From: a bacterium
GTDB lineage: Bacteria > Gemmatimonadota > Gemmatimonadetes > Gemmatimonadales > Gemmatimonadaceae
NCBI GenBank assembly: GCA_040003345.1
Contig: JBDUCR010000035.1
Coordinates: 2,244 to 66,243, forward strand
Reading direction: 5' to 3'
Length of the DNA stretch: 64,000 bases
Below the pieces are notes generated by a model, which worked only from the letters and a program-made list of their open reading frames with translations, was not told the origin of the DNA and ran no database searches. Position numbers and translations under genes: made by a program. Below, one piece after another: positions 55,295 through 64,000 of the stretch; within the stretch, counting starts at the first letter, position 1, and each line of letters opens with the position of its first letter.

Positions 55295-55852
55295 TCACAC
55301 AGGGGGAAGACGAGAGGCGATGTAGTACGCAACTTCTTGCGCTGCAAGACGTTCCACGTCGACGACCAGATCATTGGCCTCGTACGACGAACGGCGCGTC
55401 TCCAGTAGCCGCTCGAGCTCGCCTCGCGGATTTGGACGTACCAGCAATGGCCGACCAGCAGGTGATTCACCCAGACGCTTGAACGCCGTCGCCGGAGTTA
55501 CGCGAAGATAGATCATCAATGCCGGAGGACGAAGAAGTGCGACCGTTTCCGCTTGCGTCACCCAGCCACCGCCCGGCGCCAGAATCATGTTCCCTACCTC
55601 CGCCACCTCACGCGTCAACTTCGCTTCCAGCAGCCGGAAGCTCGGCTCCCCGCGCTGCGCGAAGATCTCCGTGATCGACATACCCTCTCGCCGCGCGATC
55701 TCCAGGTCGAAGTCGAGGTACTGCCGGTTGAGCTGACGACCAAGCAGCATCCCCACCGTGCTCTTTCCCGATCCGGGGAGCCCGATGAGAATGATGTGCG
55801 GCCGCGAAAGATCAGCCGCCGAGCCGGGCTGCGAGGTGCGAAAGGTAGGCAT
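55295..55852 (-). CDS. aroK: shikimate kinase
   Basis: Start at the ATG at 55852 (MPTFRTS), which overlaps the aroC 3' end by 41 nt. P-loop LIGLPGSGKSTVG and GGG motif APGGGW. Confidence 0.85.
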   Translation of the reverse strand: MPTFRTSQPGSAADLSRPHIILIGLPGSGKSTVGMLLGRQLNRQYLDFDLEIARREGMSITEIFAQRGEPSFRLLEAKLTREVAEVGNMILAPGGGWVTQAETVALLRPPALMIYLRVTPATAFKRLGESPAGRPLLVRPNPRGELERLLETRRSSYEANDLVVDVERLAAQEVAYYIASRLPPV

Positions 55853-57008
55853 TGAGGTTTCGCTGGACTTCGGCGAGAGAGTCTCCACCGAACTTCTCGA
55901 GCATCGCATCGCCGAGCACGAGCGCTGCCATTGCCTCGGCAATGACACCCATAGCGGGAACCGCTGTCACGTCGCTTCGCTCGGCTGTTGCCTTCGCGGA
56001 AGCACCCGTCGCCATGTCCACAGTGCCAAGCGGACGCATGAGTGTACTGATCGGCTTCATCGCGACACGAACGACGAGTGGCTCACCGGTCGTCATCCCG
56101 CCTTCGAGCCCACCAGCGCGGTTCGTCGGACGACGCACATTCCCTGCGCGCGTGCGTCCTGGTGCAGGCTCGATCTCATCGTGGACTTCGGCGCCAGTGA
56201 CGCGCGCGGTGCCGAAGCCCATGCCGATCTCCACGCCCTTCACCGCGGGAATGGACATCATCGCCGCGCCAAGGCGTCCGTCGAGCTTACGATCCCACGA
56301 GACATGGGAGCCCAGGCCAACGGGCAGACCCTCCACGACCACCTCGCAGATTCCGCCGAGCGTGTTGCCATCCTTCTTTGCCGCGTCGATGCGCTCGATC
56401 ATGACGCGCTCTGCGTGCCGATCCAGCGTTCGCAGCTGTGATGCGTCCGCAGCAGTGTTCAGATCTGTGGGCATCTCCGCGGGCCGTACGGCGTCGACGC
56501 CGCCCAGATGCACGAGATGACTGCCGATTGAGACGCCGAGCTCTGAGAGCATCCTGCGCGCAATGGCGCTTGCTGCAACGCGAGCGGTCGTCTCGCGCGC
56601 GGACGCACGCTCGAGGATGTCGCGCGCGTCATCACGGTCGTATTTGAGAATGCCCGTGAGGTCCGCGTGGCCGGGCCGCACGCGTGTAACGGCGCGACGA
56701 CGCAGCGCTCCGCCCGCGTCGCCTTCGCGCGGGGCGGGGTCCATGATCTCTTGCCAGTTCGCCCAGTCGCGATTGCGGATGAGCATGGAGATCGGACTGC
56801 CGATCGTTTCTCCCGCGCGCACGCCCGAGAGGAGCTCGACCGTGTCGCGCTCGATCTGCATGCGTCGACCGCGACCATAGCCCTGCTGGCGGCGCGCGAG
56901 CTCGGCGTCGACGTCAGCGGCAAGCAACGGTACACCGGCTGGCATTCCTTCGAGCACGCTGACGAGCGCCTGACCGTGCGACTCGCCGGCGGTGGTGAAG
57001 CGAAGCAT
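55812..57008 (-). CDS. aroC: chorismate synthase
   Basis: Start at the ATG at 57008 (MLRFTTAGESHGQALV). Motifs GYGRGRRMQIE, RPGHAD and RSDVTAVPA. Confidence 0.95.
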   Translation of the reverse strand: MLRFTTAGESHGQALVSVLEGMPAGVPLLAADVDAELARRQQGYGRGRRMQIERDTVELLSGVRAGETIGSPISMLIRNRDWANWQEIMDPAPREGDAGGALRRRAVTRVRPGHADLTGILKYDRDDARDILERASARETTARVAASAIARRMLSELGVSIGSHLVHLGGVDAVRPAEMPTDLNTAADASQLRTLDRHAERVMIERIDAAKKDGNTLGGICEVVVEGLPVGLGSHVSWDRKLDGRLGAAMMSIPAVKGVEIGMGFGTARVTGAEVHDEIEPAPGRTRAGNVRRPTNRAGGLEGGMTTGEPLVVRVAMKPISTLMRPLGTVDMATGASAKATAERSDVTAVPAMGVIAEAMAALVLGDAMLEKFGGDSLAEVQRNLNAYLSHLAARLGG

Positions 57009-57060
57009 GGAGGAGAGAGTGAGACGGAGAGAGGAAAGTGTGGAACGATGAATGGAGGAG

Positions 57061-57106
57061 GATAAAAGGAAGAGAGGACGAGAGGAACACTTCCTCTCGC
57101 CCTCTC
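57061..57106 (-). terminator. candidate intrinsic terminator after the giant lipoprotein gene
   Basis: On the minus strand, GAGAGGGCGAGAGGAA-GTG-TTCCTCTCGTCCTCTC (16-bp stem with one mismatch, 57072-57106) is followed by TTCCTTTTATC (57071-57061). It lies 29 nt after the stop at 57135. Confidence 0.5.
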
Positions 57107-57134
57107 TGTTCCTCTCGACCATACCGCTACTGAA

Positions 57135-60100
57135 TCATGGTCCCGGAAGAAGGTCCGTCGCAGTCACGTCAATCACGACCAACCCCTTCGTGGACACTCC
57201 GAAGAGCTTGAACAGCACTGTCGGCGGATCGCTCGGGAACCGTGGTGTCGCGCGGAGAGGACCGTAGAGATTGAGCTTGGTCGCGAGCGAGCCTCGTACG
57301 AAGTCGTAGTACGCGATGTCCACCGCCTCGATCGTTCCATTCGCTGAAGCGACGAATGCGAGTCGATCGGATTGTGGTGTATTCACCCCGTCCGCGTTCG
57401 GATGGAATGCGATACCCGATCCTGTGGCGAACGTGGTCTTCTTGCCTTGCAGGCGTTGCGTGAAAGGCGTGGTGACGAAGGAGAACGCGGTCTCCGTACC
57501 ATGCACGCCAAGCGTCTTGCCTGTCTTGTCGAGGGCGACACCGAAGACCTGATCCGACTGATTGTTCATCAGGTCGATGATGTTGAGGGCGCCCGACGCG
57601 TACGTGTAGCGATTCGGAACGCTGCCATCGTCCTGCAGCAGGAAGTTGCGCGCGACCGGCGCCTTGTGGCCTTCGCCGAAGGTGATCCACTTACCGTCGC
57701 CGCTGGCGGCGACGAAGGTGGTGTCGGTGAGTCCGAGTGAGTTGATGTCGATATCCTGCCGGAGCTCGATGTCACTTGTCGGCAGTGCAGCAAGCAACGC
57801 CTGCGCTGCGGCTCTGACACCGAACGAGCTGGTGCCGCAGACGTCGACGGTGGTGTTCGAGCCGGACGGATGATCGCAGATGGAGACGACGTCGCTCTGC
57901 GTCGTATTGGGTGGGGCGTGGAAGACGAGAACCGAGTCCGCGTTCGCGATCACGAACGAGTTCGGGTCCGTGCCCGCAGACGCAAAGTCGAGAATGAAAC
58001 GTTCGTCTGGAGCCGACGTGGCGCCGCCGGTACCGGGGTCAACGAACCGGATGGTGCCCTGCGGCGCCTGGGTCGTTGGCTTGGTCGAGATGTACAGCCG
58101 CCCCGATGCACTCTGCTCCACGTACTGCGGGCGATCGGAGAAGGACTTGAAGATCACCGAGCTGATTCTGATCTGGGCGGTCGATGGATCGCGCACTTCC
58201 GAGAGCTGGAAGAGATACGACGCTCTCGTGACCAGACGGTTGGTGAGATCCTCGTGCATGCCGGCGGCCGCGCCGCCGATGTACACGCGGCTCAGGTTCG
58301 TACCGCCGGAGTTCGCGACGAATAGCGTGTCCTTTGCCGGAGCCGTGCGTGAAAGCGTCATGCCCCACGGCTGCGATCCGACGACGATTCCATTCGAAGC
58401 GAACGACTTGTTCGCGTCCTCCCAGACCTCGAGACGACCGAAGTTGATGTTCGAGAGGAAGATGTGTCCGGAGTTCGCGTCAACCTGGAGATCGGCGATG
58501 GTGCCGTTCCGGTTGGCGGGAAGCGGATAGGTCTTTCCGTACACCACGAGCGCCGTATCAGCGAAGGCGTTTGCGGCATTCGGTTGTGGAATGTTGACGC
58601 CGGCGCGGAGCGAGTAGCCGAGACGCCCGCCCTGATCGTAGGCGAAGGAGATGATGGTGATGCGCTTGCCTTGCGCCGTCGACGGAAGATTCAACGGAAT
58701 GGCAACGACAGCAGTGGACGGGAACGGCGACGTCAGGGCGACGCTATCGCGTCTGATGACCGTCCCTGTCCCATCGCGCATCTCGAAGCCGACATACGTG
58801 ATGCCGTTGCCGAGCGCCGTGATGGTAACCGAGTCCGAGGTCTCGACACGCGCAGCGATGGCCTGAGTGACTCGCGGTGCTGGCGGCGAACCGGCGCGCA
58901 CGGCGATGGTCATCGGCGACGACGAGCCGTCTTCGCCATTCACGTCGGTCGAGATCGGCGTGATGGTGATGAGCGTCTTGACGATTGCATCAGCAGGAAT
59001 CGGGATCGTTGCCGACGCCGTCAATAGTCTTGTTGGTGACGACGGTGTAAAGACGATCGTAGTATCGAGCTTGGTGGGCCAGCTCGGATCGCCCTGTACG
59101 CGGAAGCCGAGGCTCGCGACACCAACAGTGGAGGTAGCCTGCACTGCGACCGTCAAGCCCGCGCCGCGATTGGCGCTGTCGCCCGCGATCGGACTGATGA
59201 ACGTGACGCTCGGGCCGCTGACGAAGCGGATCTTGAGACGCGTCGTATCTGCGTTCGCTGATTGATCGGAGACGATACCGACAACGATGAGCGAGTCCGT
59301 CAGCGTATCGATCGGCGTCGCCACCTTGAGATAGCGCGTGATGGTCGTATCGCGCACTCCGAGCGGGAATCCGGTGGCGTTCGGAGCTGAGACGGGCACG
59401 AAGCGCGCTATCGTGTCAGCCGTGCCAAGCGCCGGGATACCGCGCGGCGAGACACCGGAGAAGGAGACGAATTTGAGTCCGACGTTATCCGTGATGTGTG
59501 CCGTGACGAGCAGCGAATCGCCGACGTTTACCTTGCCGCCGAGTCTCGGCGTGATGAAGGTGAGCTTTGGCTTCTGGAGATCGACAACGTTGAACGAGAC
59601 ACTCGTGCCGAGCTTGTTGGCGATGCCCGACGCATCCCGTGCGAAGCCGGTGATGACGTAATTGCCGACTGGCGTCGAATCCGGAATCACGATCTTGAAC
59701 GCGACTGGTCCGAACAGACGTGGAGTGGTGCCTGCGGGAACGAAGCTGCTGTCGGTCTTGATGAGCAGACTGTCCGTCGCACGCGGAAGCAGCAGACGAT
59801 AGCCAACGTACTTGAGGCCCGAGCTATCGCTGGCCGTGAGACGAACGTCGAGTGTATCGCCACCCTTGAGCGCTCGGCTTGCACCCGATGAGTTCACGGT
59901 GACCACCGGACCAGTCGTATCGGCAATGGCGATGACGAGCGAGTCGACCTTCGTATTGAGGCCGACGTCGGTGACCGTCGTGCGAATGGTGACGTGATCG
60001 CCGTTTACCAGGCCCACGAGCGGCAATGTGAGCGTGCGCGTGGTGGTGAGCTGCGACGGTGTGAGCGTCAGCGTATCCGCGCCGAGAACCTGTGCACCGT

Positions 60101-60344
60101 TGCGCACGGTCGTCATGACCGTTGAGATGCCGGTGTTGTCGCTCGCGGTGATCGAGATCGACGCAGCAGCGCCAACGTCAACCGTGTTGTTCGTGCCTCC
60201 GCTGAGGCTGAACCGCACGGTTGGGCGCGACACATCGTCGATGAGACCACCGGGTTGCGTTGGCAGACGCGTGTCGCAACTCACGACCATCGACACGCCG
60301 AGGGCGAGCGCCGCGAAGCGCAGAGAAAACATTTTATGTGTCAT
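57135..60344 (-). CDS. giant lipoprotein with multiple Ig-like repeats and a C-terminal beta-propeller-like region, encoded between pilQ and aroC
   Basis: Lipobox LGVSMVVSCDT. At least four repeats carry the xASDxxG(I/L)xxV-type motif (ITASDNTGISTV, LTASDSSGLKYV, AHITDNVGLKFV, VQATSTVGVASL). The C-terminal ~450 aa have YVTN-like strands (LFVANSGGTNLSRVY). 17 nt downstream of pilQ. Confidence 0.7.
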   Translation of the reverse strand: MTHKMFSLRFAALALGVSMVVSCDTRLPTQPGGLIDDVSRPTVRFSLSGGTNNTVDVGAAASISITASDNTGISTVMTTVRNGAQVLGADTLTLTPSQLTTTRTLTLPLVGLVNGDHVTIRTTVTDVGLNTKVDSLVIAIADTTGPVVTVNSSGASRALKGGDTLDVRLTASDSSGLKYVGYRLLLPRATDSLLIKTDSSFVPAGTTPRLFGPVAFKIVIPDSTPVGNYVITGFARDASGIANKLGTSVSFNVVDLQKPKLTFITPRLGGKVNVGDSLLVTAHITDNVGLKFVSFSGVSPRGIPALGTADTIARFVPVSAPNATGFPLGVRDTTITRYLKVATPIDTLTDSLIVVGIVSDQSANADTTRLKIRFVSGPSVTFISPIAGDSANRGAGLTVAVQATSTVGVASLGFRVQGDPSWPTKLDTTIVFTPSSPTRLLTASATIPIPADAIVKTLITITPISTDVNGEDGSSSPMTIAVRAGSPPAPRVTQAIAARVETSDSVTITALGNGITYVGFEMRDGTGTVIRRDSVALTSPFPSTAVVAIPLNLPSTAQGKRITIISFAYDQGGRLGYSLRAGVNIPQPNAANAFADTALVVYGKTYPLPANRNGTIADLQVDANSGHIFLSNINFGRLEVWEDANKSFASNGIVVGSQPWGMTLSRTAPAKDTLFVANSGGTNLSRVYIGGAAAGMHEDLTNRLVTRASYLFQLSEVRDPSTAQIRISSVIFKSFSDRPQYVEQSASGRLYISTKPTTQAPQGTIRFVDPGTGGATSAPDERFILDFASAGTDPNSFVIANADSVLVFHAPPNTTQSDVVSICDHPSGSNTTVDVCGTSSFGVRAAAQALLAALPTSDIELRQDIDINSLGLTDTTFVAASGDGKWITFGEGHKAPVARNFLLQDDGSVPNRYTYASGALNIIDLMNNQSDQVFGVALDKTGKTLGVHGTETAFSFVTTPFTQRLQGKKTTFATGSGIAFHPNADGVNTPQSDRLAFVASANGTIEAVDIAYYDFVRGSLATKLNLYGPLRATPRFPSDPPTVLFKLFGVSTKGLVVIDVTATDLLPGP

Positions 60345-60361
60345 AGATGCTCCAGGTGCGG

Positions 60362-62446
60362 CTAGCGCCGCACCGCCTCGGAGGGCGACTGCCCCTCATC
60401 GATGATGTGAGGCGTGATGAGGATAAGCAGGTCGCGACGTTGCTCCTGCCTCGTTGTGTAGCCGAAGAGCCGTCCGACGAACGGAAGATCCACGAGCAGA
60501 GGAATGCCGGATTTCGTGACGCGAACACTTGTCTGCGTGAGGCCACCGATGACCACGGTCTGTCCGTCGGCGACCAGCACGTCGTTCCTGGTGCTGTTGT
60601 TGTCGATCAGCGTTCCGTTATTGGTGAAGCTCACGTCGGAATTCGTCACTTCGACGTGCATCAGGATCTGACGATTGTTGGTGACACTCGGCGTGACGAG
60701 CAGCCGGACACCGGTCTGCACGCGCTCCACCGTCACTGGGCCTGTCAGTGCCGTTCCCGCGCCGCCGCTGCTGACGAGCGGAACGAAAGGAACCTGAACG
60801 CCAGACGTCAGCTCCGCCGTCTTGTTGTTGATGATCGTGACACTCGGCTCGGCCTGTACGTCGAGCAGATTCACTTCCTGCAAAGCGTCGAGGAACGTGC
60901 TGAAGTCGAAGTTGCCAAGCGCCGTGGAGTAGATGAGGCGGAGTGCCGCGCCCGGAACGTTGCCCGACGCGTTAGCGATGGCCGACACCGTGTTGCCGCC
61001 AAGGAGCACACGCGGCGGATCGTTCGGATTTCCGGGATGACCGAGTGTGTCATTGCGCTGGATGATCGTACTGAAGAACTGCTGCGCAGACCCGAGATCG
61101 TACTTGATGCCAAGCGCGTCGAGATCCGTGCGATTCACGAGAACGATCTTGCCCTTGATGTTGACTTGCGGCTGACGCAGATCGAGCGTGGACGCGAGCG
61201 ACACGAGATCATCGACGATGCTCACCGGCGCCGTGATGCCGACGCTGTTCGTCTCTTCATCGAACGTCACGCTACCGCGACCGACGCAGGTCGCTGGCGC
61301 GGCGCTCGATCCCGCCGCAACGGGCGATGAAGAGCTAGGCGCCGACTGCGATACACTGGATCGCGGCGGCTGACCTGCGGGCTGCGCGGCAGGTGCGTTA
61401 GCGGCACCGGCACCGGCCGCGGGCTCCGTAGGAATGCACTGCAGCAAACGCTGCCTGATCTGCTCACCAACCTGCGTCGCACGCTGATAGTTCAACCGAA
61501 CGATGCGGGTGCTGAGTGGCTCCGTCTGCGCGCGTGCCGCGATGCGATCCTGCGTGTCGACGATGATGATGCCGTTCGCATCTTCGGTGGCGGCCAGTCC
61601 CTGCGCCGCGAGAATCGCCTGAAGCGCGACATCCCATGGCTGATCCTTGATTTCTGCGTCGACCTTGAGCGTACCGACGTTAGAGCTCGGAATGATCGTC
61701 CGGCCCGAGAACGACGCGAACGCCGCGAGTACGTCGCGAATGTCCGAGCCTTGATAGATGACGGTAATGCGCGGCTGCTGTGAGCGCTGCTGCGATTGCT
61801 GCGCTGCCTGCGTCGGCGATTGCACCTGCTGCTGTACGTTCGTACGCATCGGGCGTGTATCGGCGACATCGCGCGACTCGCGCACGTTGTCGGCGACGGC
61901 GCGATCGATCGTGCGATCGGGAGCAGCTGCCGGTTCGCCGGCAGGACGCTTCTCCGCGAGCGTGACGGTCTTCTTCTTCTCCACGACAGGAGCGTCATTT
62001 GCGTCCGGAGCGTCGCCGTCGCCGATGTGCCAGGCAGCGAACTGCGCACCGGCAGGCACCGTCACGGCAACGCGAACTTCGCCGTCCGTGCGAGACACCT
62101 GATACGAGCGCGGGCCGTCGAGATACAACACGACGCGCACGGTGTTCTTGCGAAAATTGGAGAAGCGCACGTCGCTGATCCCGCCGCGCGACACGTGATC
62201 GTATCCGCTCGAGCCCAGGCCGAGCGAAGCGCCGGAGAGGTCGAGCACGATGCGATCCGGAGAGCGGAGCGTGAAGTCACGTACCTCGAGACCACCGGCG
62301 ACTCCAATCACCAGCTCTGCTTTCCCGCTTGACGGGACGATGCTGAGCGACGTGACAGAGCCCTCCGCCGGGCGGGCTTCGGCCGGCTGGGCGCTTGGCC
62401 CGAGCAGGAGGGCCGAAGCAACGATGACCGCCAGGACTGGCTTCAT
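60362..62446 (-). CDS. pilQ: type IV pilus secretin PilQ (AMIN domain, N-domains, secretin domain)
   Basis: AMIN-like SLSIVPSSGKAELVIGVAGGLEVRDFTLRSPDRIVLDL. Secretin core VTNNRQILMHVEV...GQTVVIGGL...SGIPLLVDLPFVGRLFG. Confidence 0.9.
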   Translation of the reverse strand: MKPVLAVIVASALLLGPSAQPAEARPAEGSVTSLSIVPSSGKAELVIGVAGGLEVRDFTLRSPDRIVLDLSGASLGLGSSGYDHVSRGGISDVRFSNFRKNTVRVVLYLDGPRSYQVSRTDGEVRVAVTVPAGAQFAAWHIGDGDAPDANDAPVVEKKKTVTLAEKRPAGEPAAAPDRTIDRAVADNVRESRDVADTRPMRTNVQQQVQSPTQAAQQSQQRSQQPRITVIYQGSDIRDVLAAFASFSGRTIIPSSNVGTLKVDAEIKDQPWDVALQAILAAQGLAATEDANGIIIVDTQDRIAARAQTEPLSTRIVRLNYQRATQVGEQIRQRLLQCIPTEPAAGAGAANAPAAQPAGQPPRSSVSQSAPSSSSPVAAGSSAAPATCVGRGSVTFDEETNSVGITAPVSIVDDLVSLASTLDLRQPQVNIKGKIVLVNRTDLDALGIKYDLGSAQQFFSTIIQRNDTLGHPGNPNDPPRVLLGGNTVSAIANASGNVPGAALRLIYSTALGNFDFSTFLDALQEVNLLDVQAEPSVTIINNKTAELTSGVQVPFVPLVSSGGAGTALTGPVTVERVQTGVRLLVTPSVTNNRQILMHVEVTNSDVSFTNNGTLIDNNSTRNDVLVADGQTVVIGGLTQTSVRVTKSGIPLLVDLPFVGRLFGYTTRQEQRRDLLILITPHIIDEGQSPSEAVRR

Positions 62447-63105
62447 CTAATCCTCACCTTTGAAGAATCAACCAAGAACAGCGAGTCCTGACGGCTTAGC
62501 CCGAACTCGTCAATCGTGAAGATCACTGCGCGCGGCTTGATCTGGGCGACGCGCATCCGGCCAAGTGACATGCCTGCGTTCACTCGATACTGCGCGTTGG
62601 TCAGGATGTCGCGCATGATTGCGACACTTCGACGACCAGACGCTTCGTACAGAATCCCGACGAGTTTGAGGTCGGAGAGCAACGGCCGGAGATCCTCCGT
62701 AAGGATCAACGAAAAGAACGGATCGCGGCGCGTGTCGGGCTCGTACGTAAAGACTTCGCGTGTGACGGGTGCCATTACGCCGGGCACGACGGTGGAAGGA
62801 CCTCTGCCAGTTGGAGCAGCAGACACTTCTAACTGCGGCGCAGCGACACTTCCCGGCCCGGACGCAGGCGCAGGCGCTCCGCGACGCGACGGTAGATCCT
62901 GTCCCGTCTGCGAAGAAGTATTTTCATTGGTCGCATCAACTGCCTTCTGTGCAGCCCGCTTCGGTGCATTGATATCCGGCATGCGCTGCGCAGACGCCGA
63001 CGCCGCGCCACTCGCGCTGAGGAGCGCAATCGTGACGAGTTGCGCGTAGCTCCGCGTTGTGGAAGCGACCATCAATACACTGCGTTTCCTGATGCTGTCG
63101 AACAC
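62443..63105 (-). CDS. pilP: type IV pilus assembly lipoprotein-like PilP
   Basis: Position between pilO and pilQ with a 4-nt overlap. Signal sequence, low-complexity linker, RRDPFF motif and a C-terminal beta-domain. Confidence 0.6.
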   Translation of the reverse strand: MFDSIRKRSVLMVASTTRSYAQLVTIALLSASGAASASAQRMPDINAPKRAAQKAVDATNENTSSQTGQDLPSRRGAPAPASGPGSVAAPQLEVSAAPTGRGPSTVVPGVMAPVTREVFTYEPDTRRDPFFSLILTEDLRPLLSDLKLVGILYEASGRRSVAIMRDILTNAQYRVNAGMSLGRMRVAQIKPRAVIFTIDEFGLSRQDSLFLVDSSKVRIR

Positions 63106-63752
63106 TATTTCTCTCCCGGCTTCGGCTTCTCGATACCCGTCGTCGGCGTGCCCTTCACCGACGATGGAGGTAGCGGCGCGCGTGCGACGTATGTCTGAAT
63201 CTCGAAGCGTGCCTCGAGAACCTGCGACTTGTTTCCCTTCGGAGCGCGCGGATCGACACCCGTTGGCGTGAGCGTCAGGTTGATCGGCGCGACGATGCGC
63301 TGCAGCGTTCCGATGTTCGTCAGAAACACGCCGATCTGGTGATAGGCGCCCTTCACGCTGAGGCGATACTTGTATGCCTCGTACTGATCGCCAGTGAGCG
63401 ATGGCAACGGCTGCACATCCGCGATGTCGAGACCGACGCGGCGCGCTGCGGTGGATACCTGATCGAGCAGCGCCGGTACTTCGTTGCTGGTCGGCACGAG
63501 CAGACGCATCACCGCGAGGTCCTGCGCGAGATGCTCGGCCTGGACTTTCAGTTCGTTGGTCTTTCCCTGTGCCAGCTCAGCCTTCGCGCGCTGGTTGATC
63601 ACCTGCAGCGAATCGAGACGCAGCTGACTCGCGGTGATCTCCTGGCGCTTCGGATCCCACACGTACATGTAGTACACGACGACGAGCGCGATCGCGGCGG
63701 CGCCGATCCCGGCAAGTATCTGGTCGCGTTTGTTGGTCGGGAAAATAGCCAT
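63105..63752 (-). CDS. pilO: type IV pilus assembly protein PilO
   Basis: Single N-terminal TM helix (ILAGIGAAAIALVVVYYMYVW), a coiled-coil, then a ferredoxin-like C-terminus. Position in the pilN-O-P-Q order. Confidence 0.7.
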   Translation of the reverse strand: MAIFPTNKRDQILAGIGAAAIALVVVYYMYVWDPKRQEITASQLRLDSLQVINQRAKAELAQGKTNELKVQAEHLAQDLAVMRLLVPTSNEVPALLDQVSTAARRVGLDIADVQPLPSLTGDQYEAYKYRLSVKGAYHQIGVFLTNIGTLQRIVAPINLTLTPTGVDPRAPKGNKSQVLEARFEIQTYVARAPLPPSSVKGTPTTGIEKPKPGEK

Positions 63753-63755
63753 GAG

Positions 63756-64000
63756 TTATTTCACCGACACGGCAAGCGGAACGCGCTTCATCATGATCTG
63801 GTCTGGACGCGAATACAGCATGTCGAGCGTGAACTGCGTGATTTCCTTTCCGTTGTCGTTCGCGCGCTCGGACTTGGCCAGCTGGATCTGCTCCAGGAAT
63901 GGCGAGGCCTCGAGCTGGCGGATGAAACGAGTGAGCGCCTGAATGTCGACCGTGTTGCCGACGACGCGCACACGCACCGTATCGCGTGGGATGGTCGTGT
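63756..64000 (-). CDS. pilN: type IV pilus assembly protein PilN, 3' part only (gene continues beyond the window)
   Basis: C-terminal sequence ...VVGNTVDIQALTRFIRQLEASPFLEQIQL... is typical of PilN. The reading frame stays open to the window edge. Confidence 0.6.
   Translation of the reverse strand, partial: TTIPRDTVRVRVVGNTVDIQALTRFIRQLEASPFLEQIQLAKSERANDNGKEITQFTLDMLYSRPDQIMMKRVPLAVSVK

Overview
High-GC bacterial chromosomal segment (hand counts on single 60-nt lines give roughly 62-63% G+C in most genes). It is densely coding, with about 55 protein genes. By eye I found no rRNA, tRNA, CRISPR array or transposase. Phylum cannot be assigned from sequence alone.

Gene content from left to right:
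- AtpZ-like gene, then two BsuPI-domain lipoproteins
- Ku plus a ligase-only LigD (NHEJ)
- MoxR ATPase, an orphan histidine kinase and an aminotransferase
- a lipase-like/secreted gene pair
- three tandem paralogous SARP/AfsR-like STAND regulators of about 1,050-1,090 aa each
- a lower-GC multi-TM HD-GYP gene
- a gcvT-mogA-sigma54 activator-unknown gene string
- a LytS-type kinase, an alpha/beta hydrolase, an ACT-less prephenate dehydratase, a general stress protein 26-like protein and an FKBP
- a sugar-salvage-like cluster: GH109-like enzyme, GalK-like kinase, nucleotidyltransferase and SSF transporter
- bcp and argF
- an hslVU locus followed by a decayed second hslU 3' fragment and a small low-GC islet
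- a porin / PBP-like / MCP operon
- xerC and trmFO
- two tandem solute-binding proteins plus a hybrid kinase
- topA, aroK and aroC
- a 1,069-aa Ig-repeat/beta-propeller lipoprotein, then pilQ-pilP-pilO-pilN (pilN runs off the window)

The most unusual signal is the triple STAND-regulator array at 11.2-21.3 kb. Each paralogue is preceded by two (A/G)TGACG(C/T) heptamers exactly 11 nt apart. That is the classical SARP operator geometry and suggests a self-contained auto- and cross-regulated sensory module of unknown output.

All functional calls come from motif recognition in the translated ORFs. No database search was run. Several start codons were moved downstream of the ORF-track start; each case is noted in the feature evidence.
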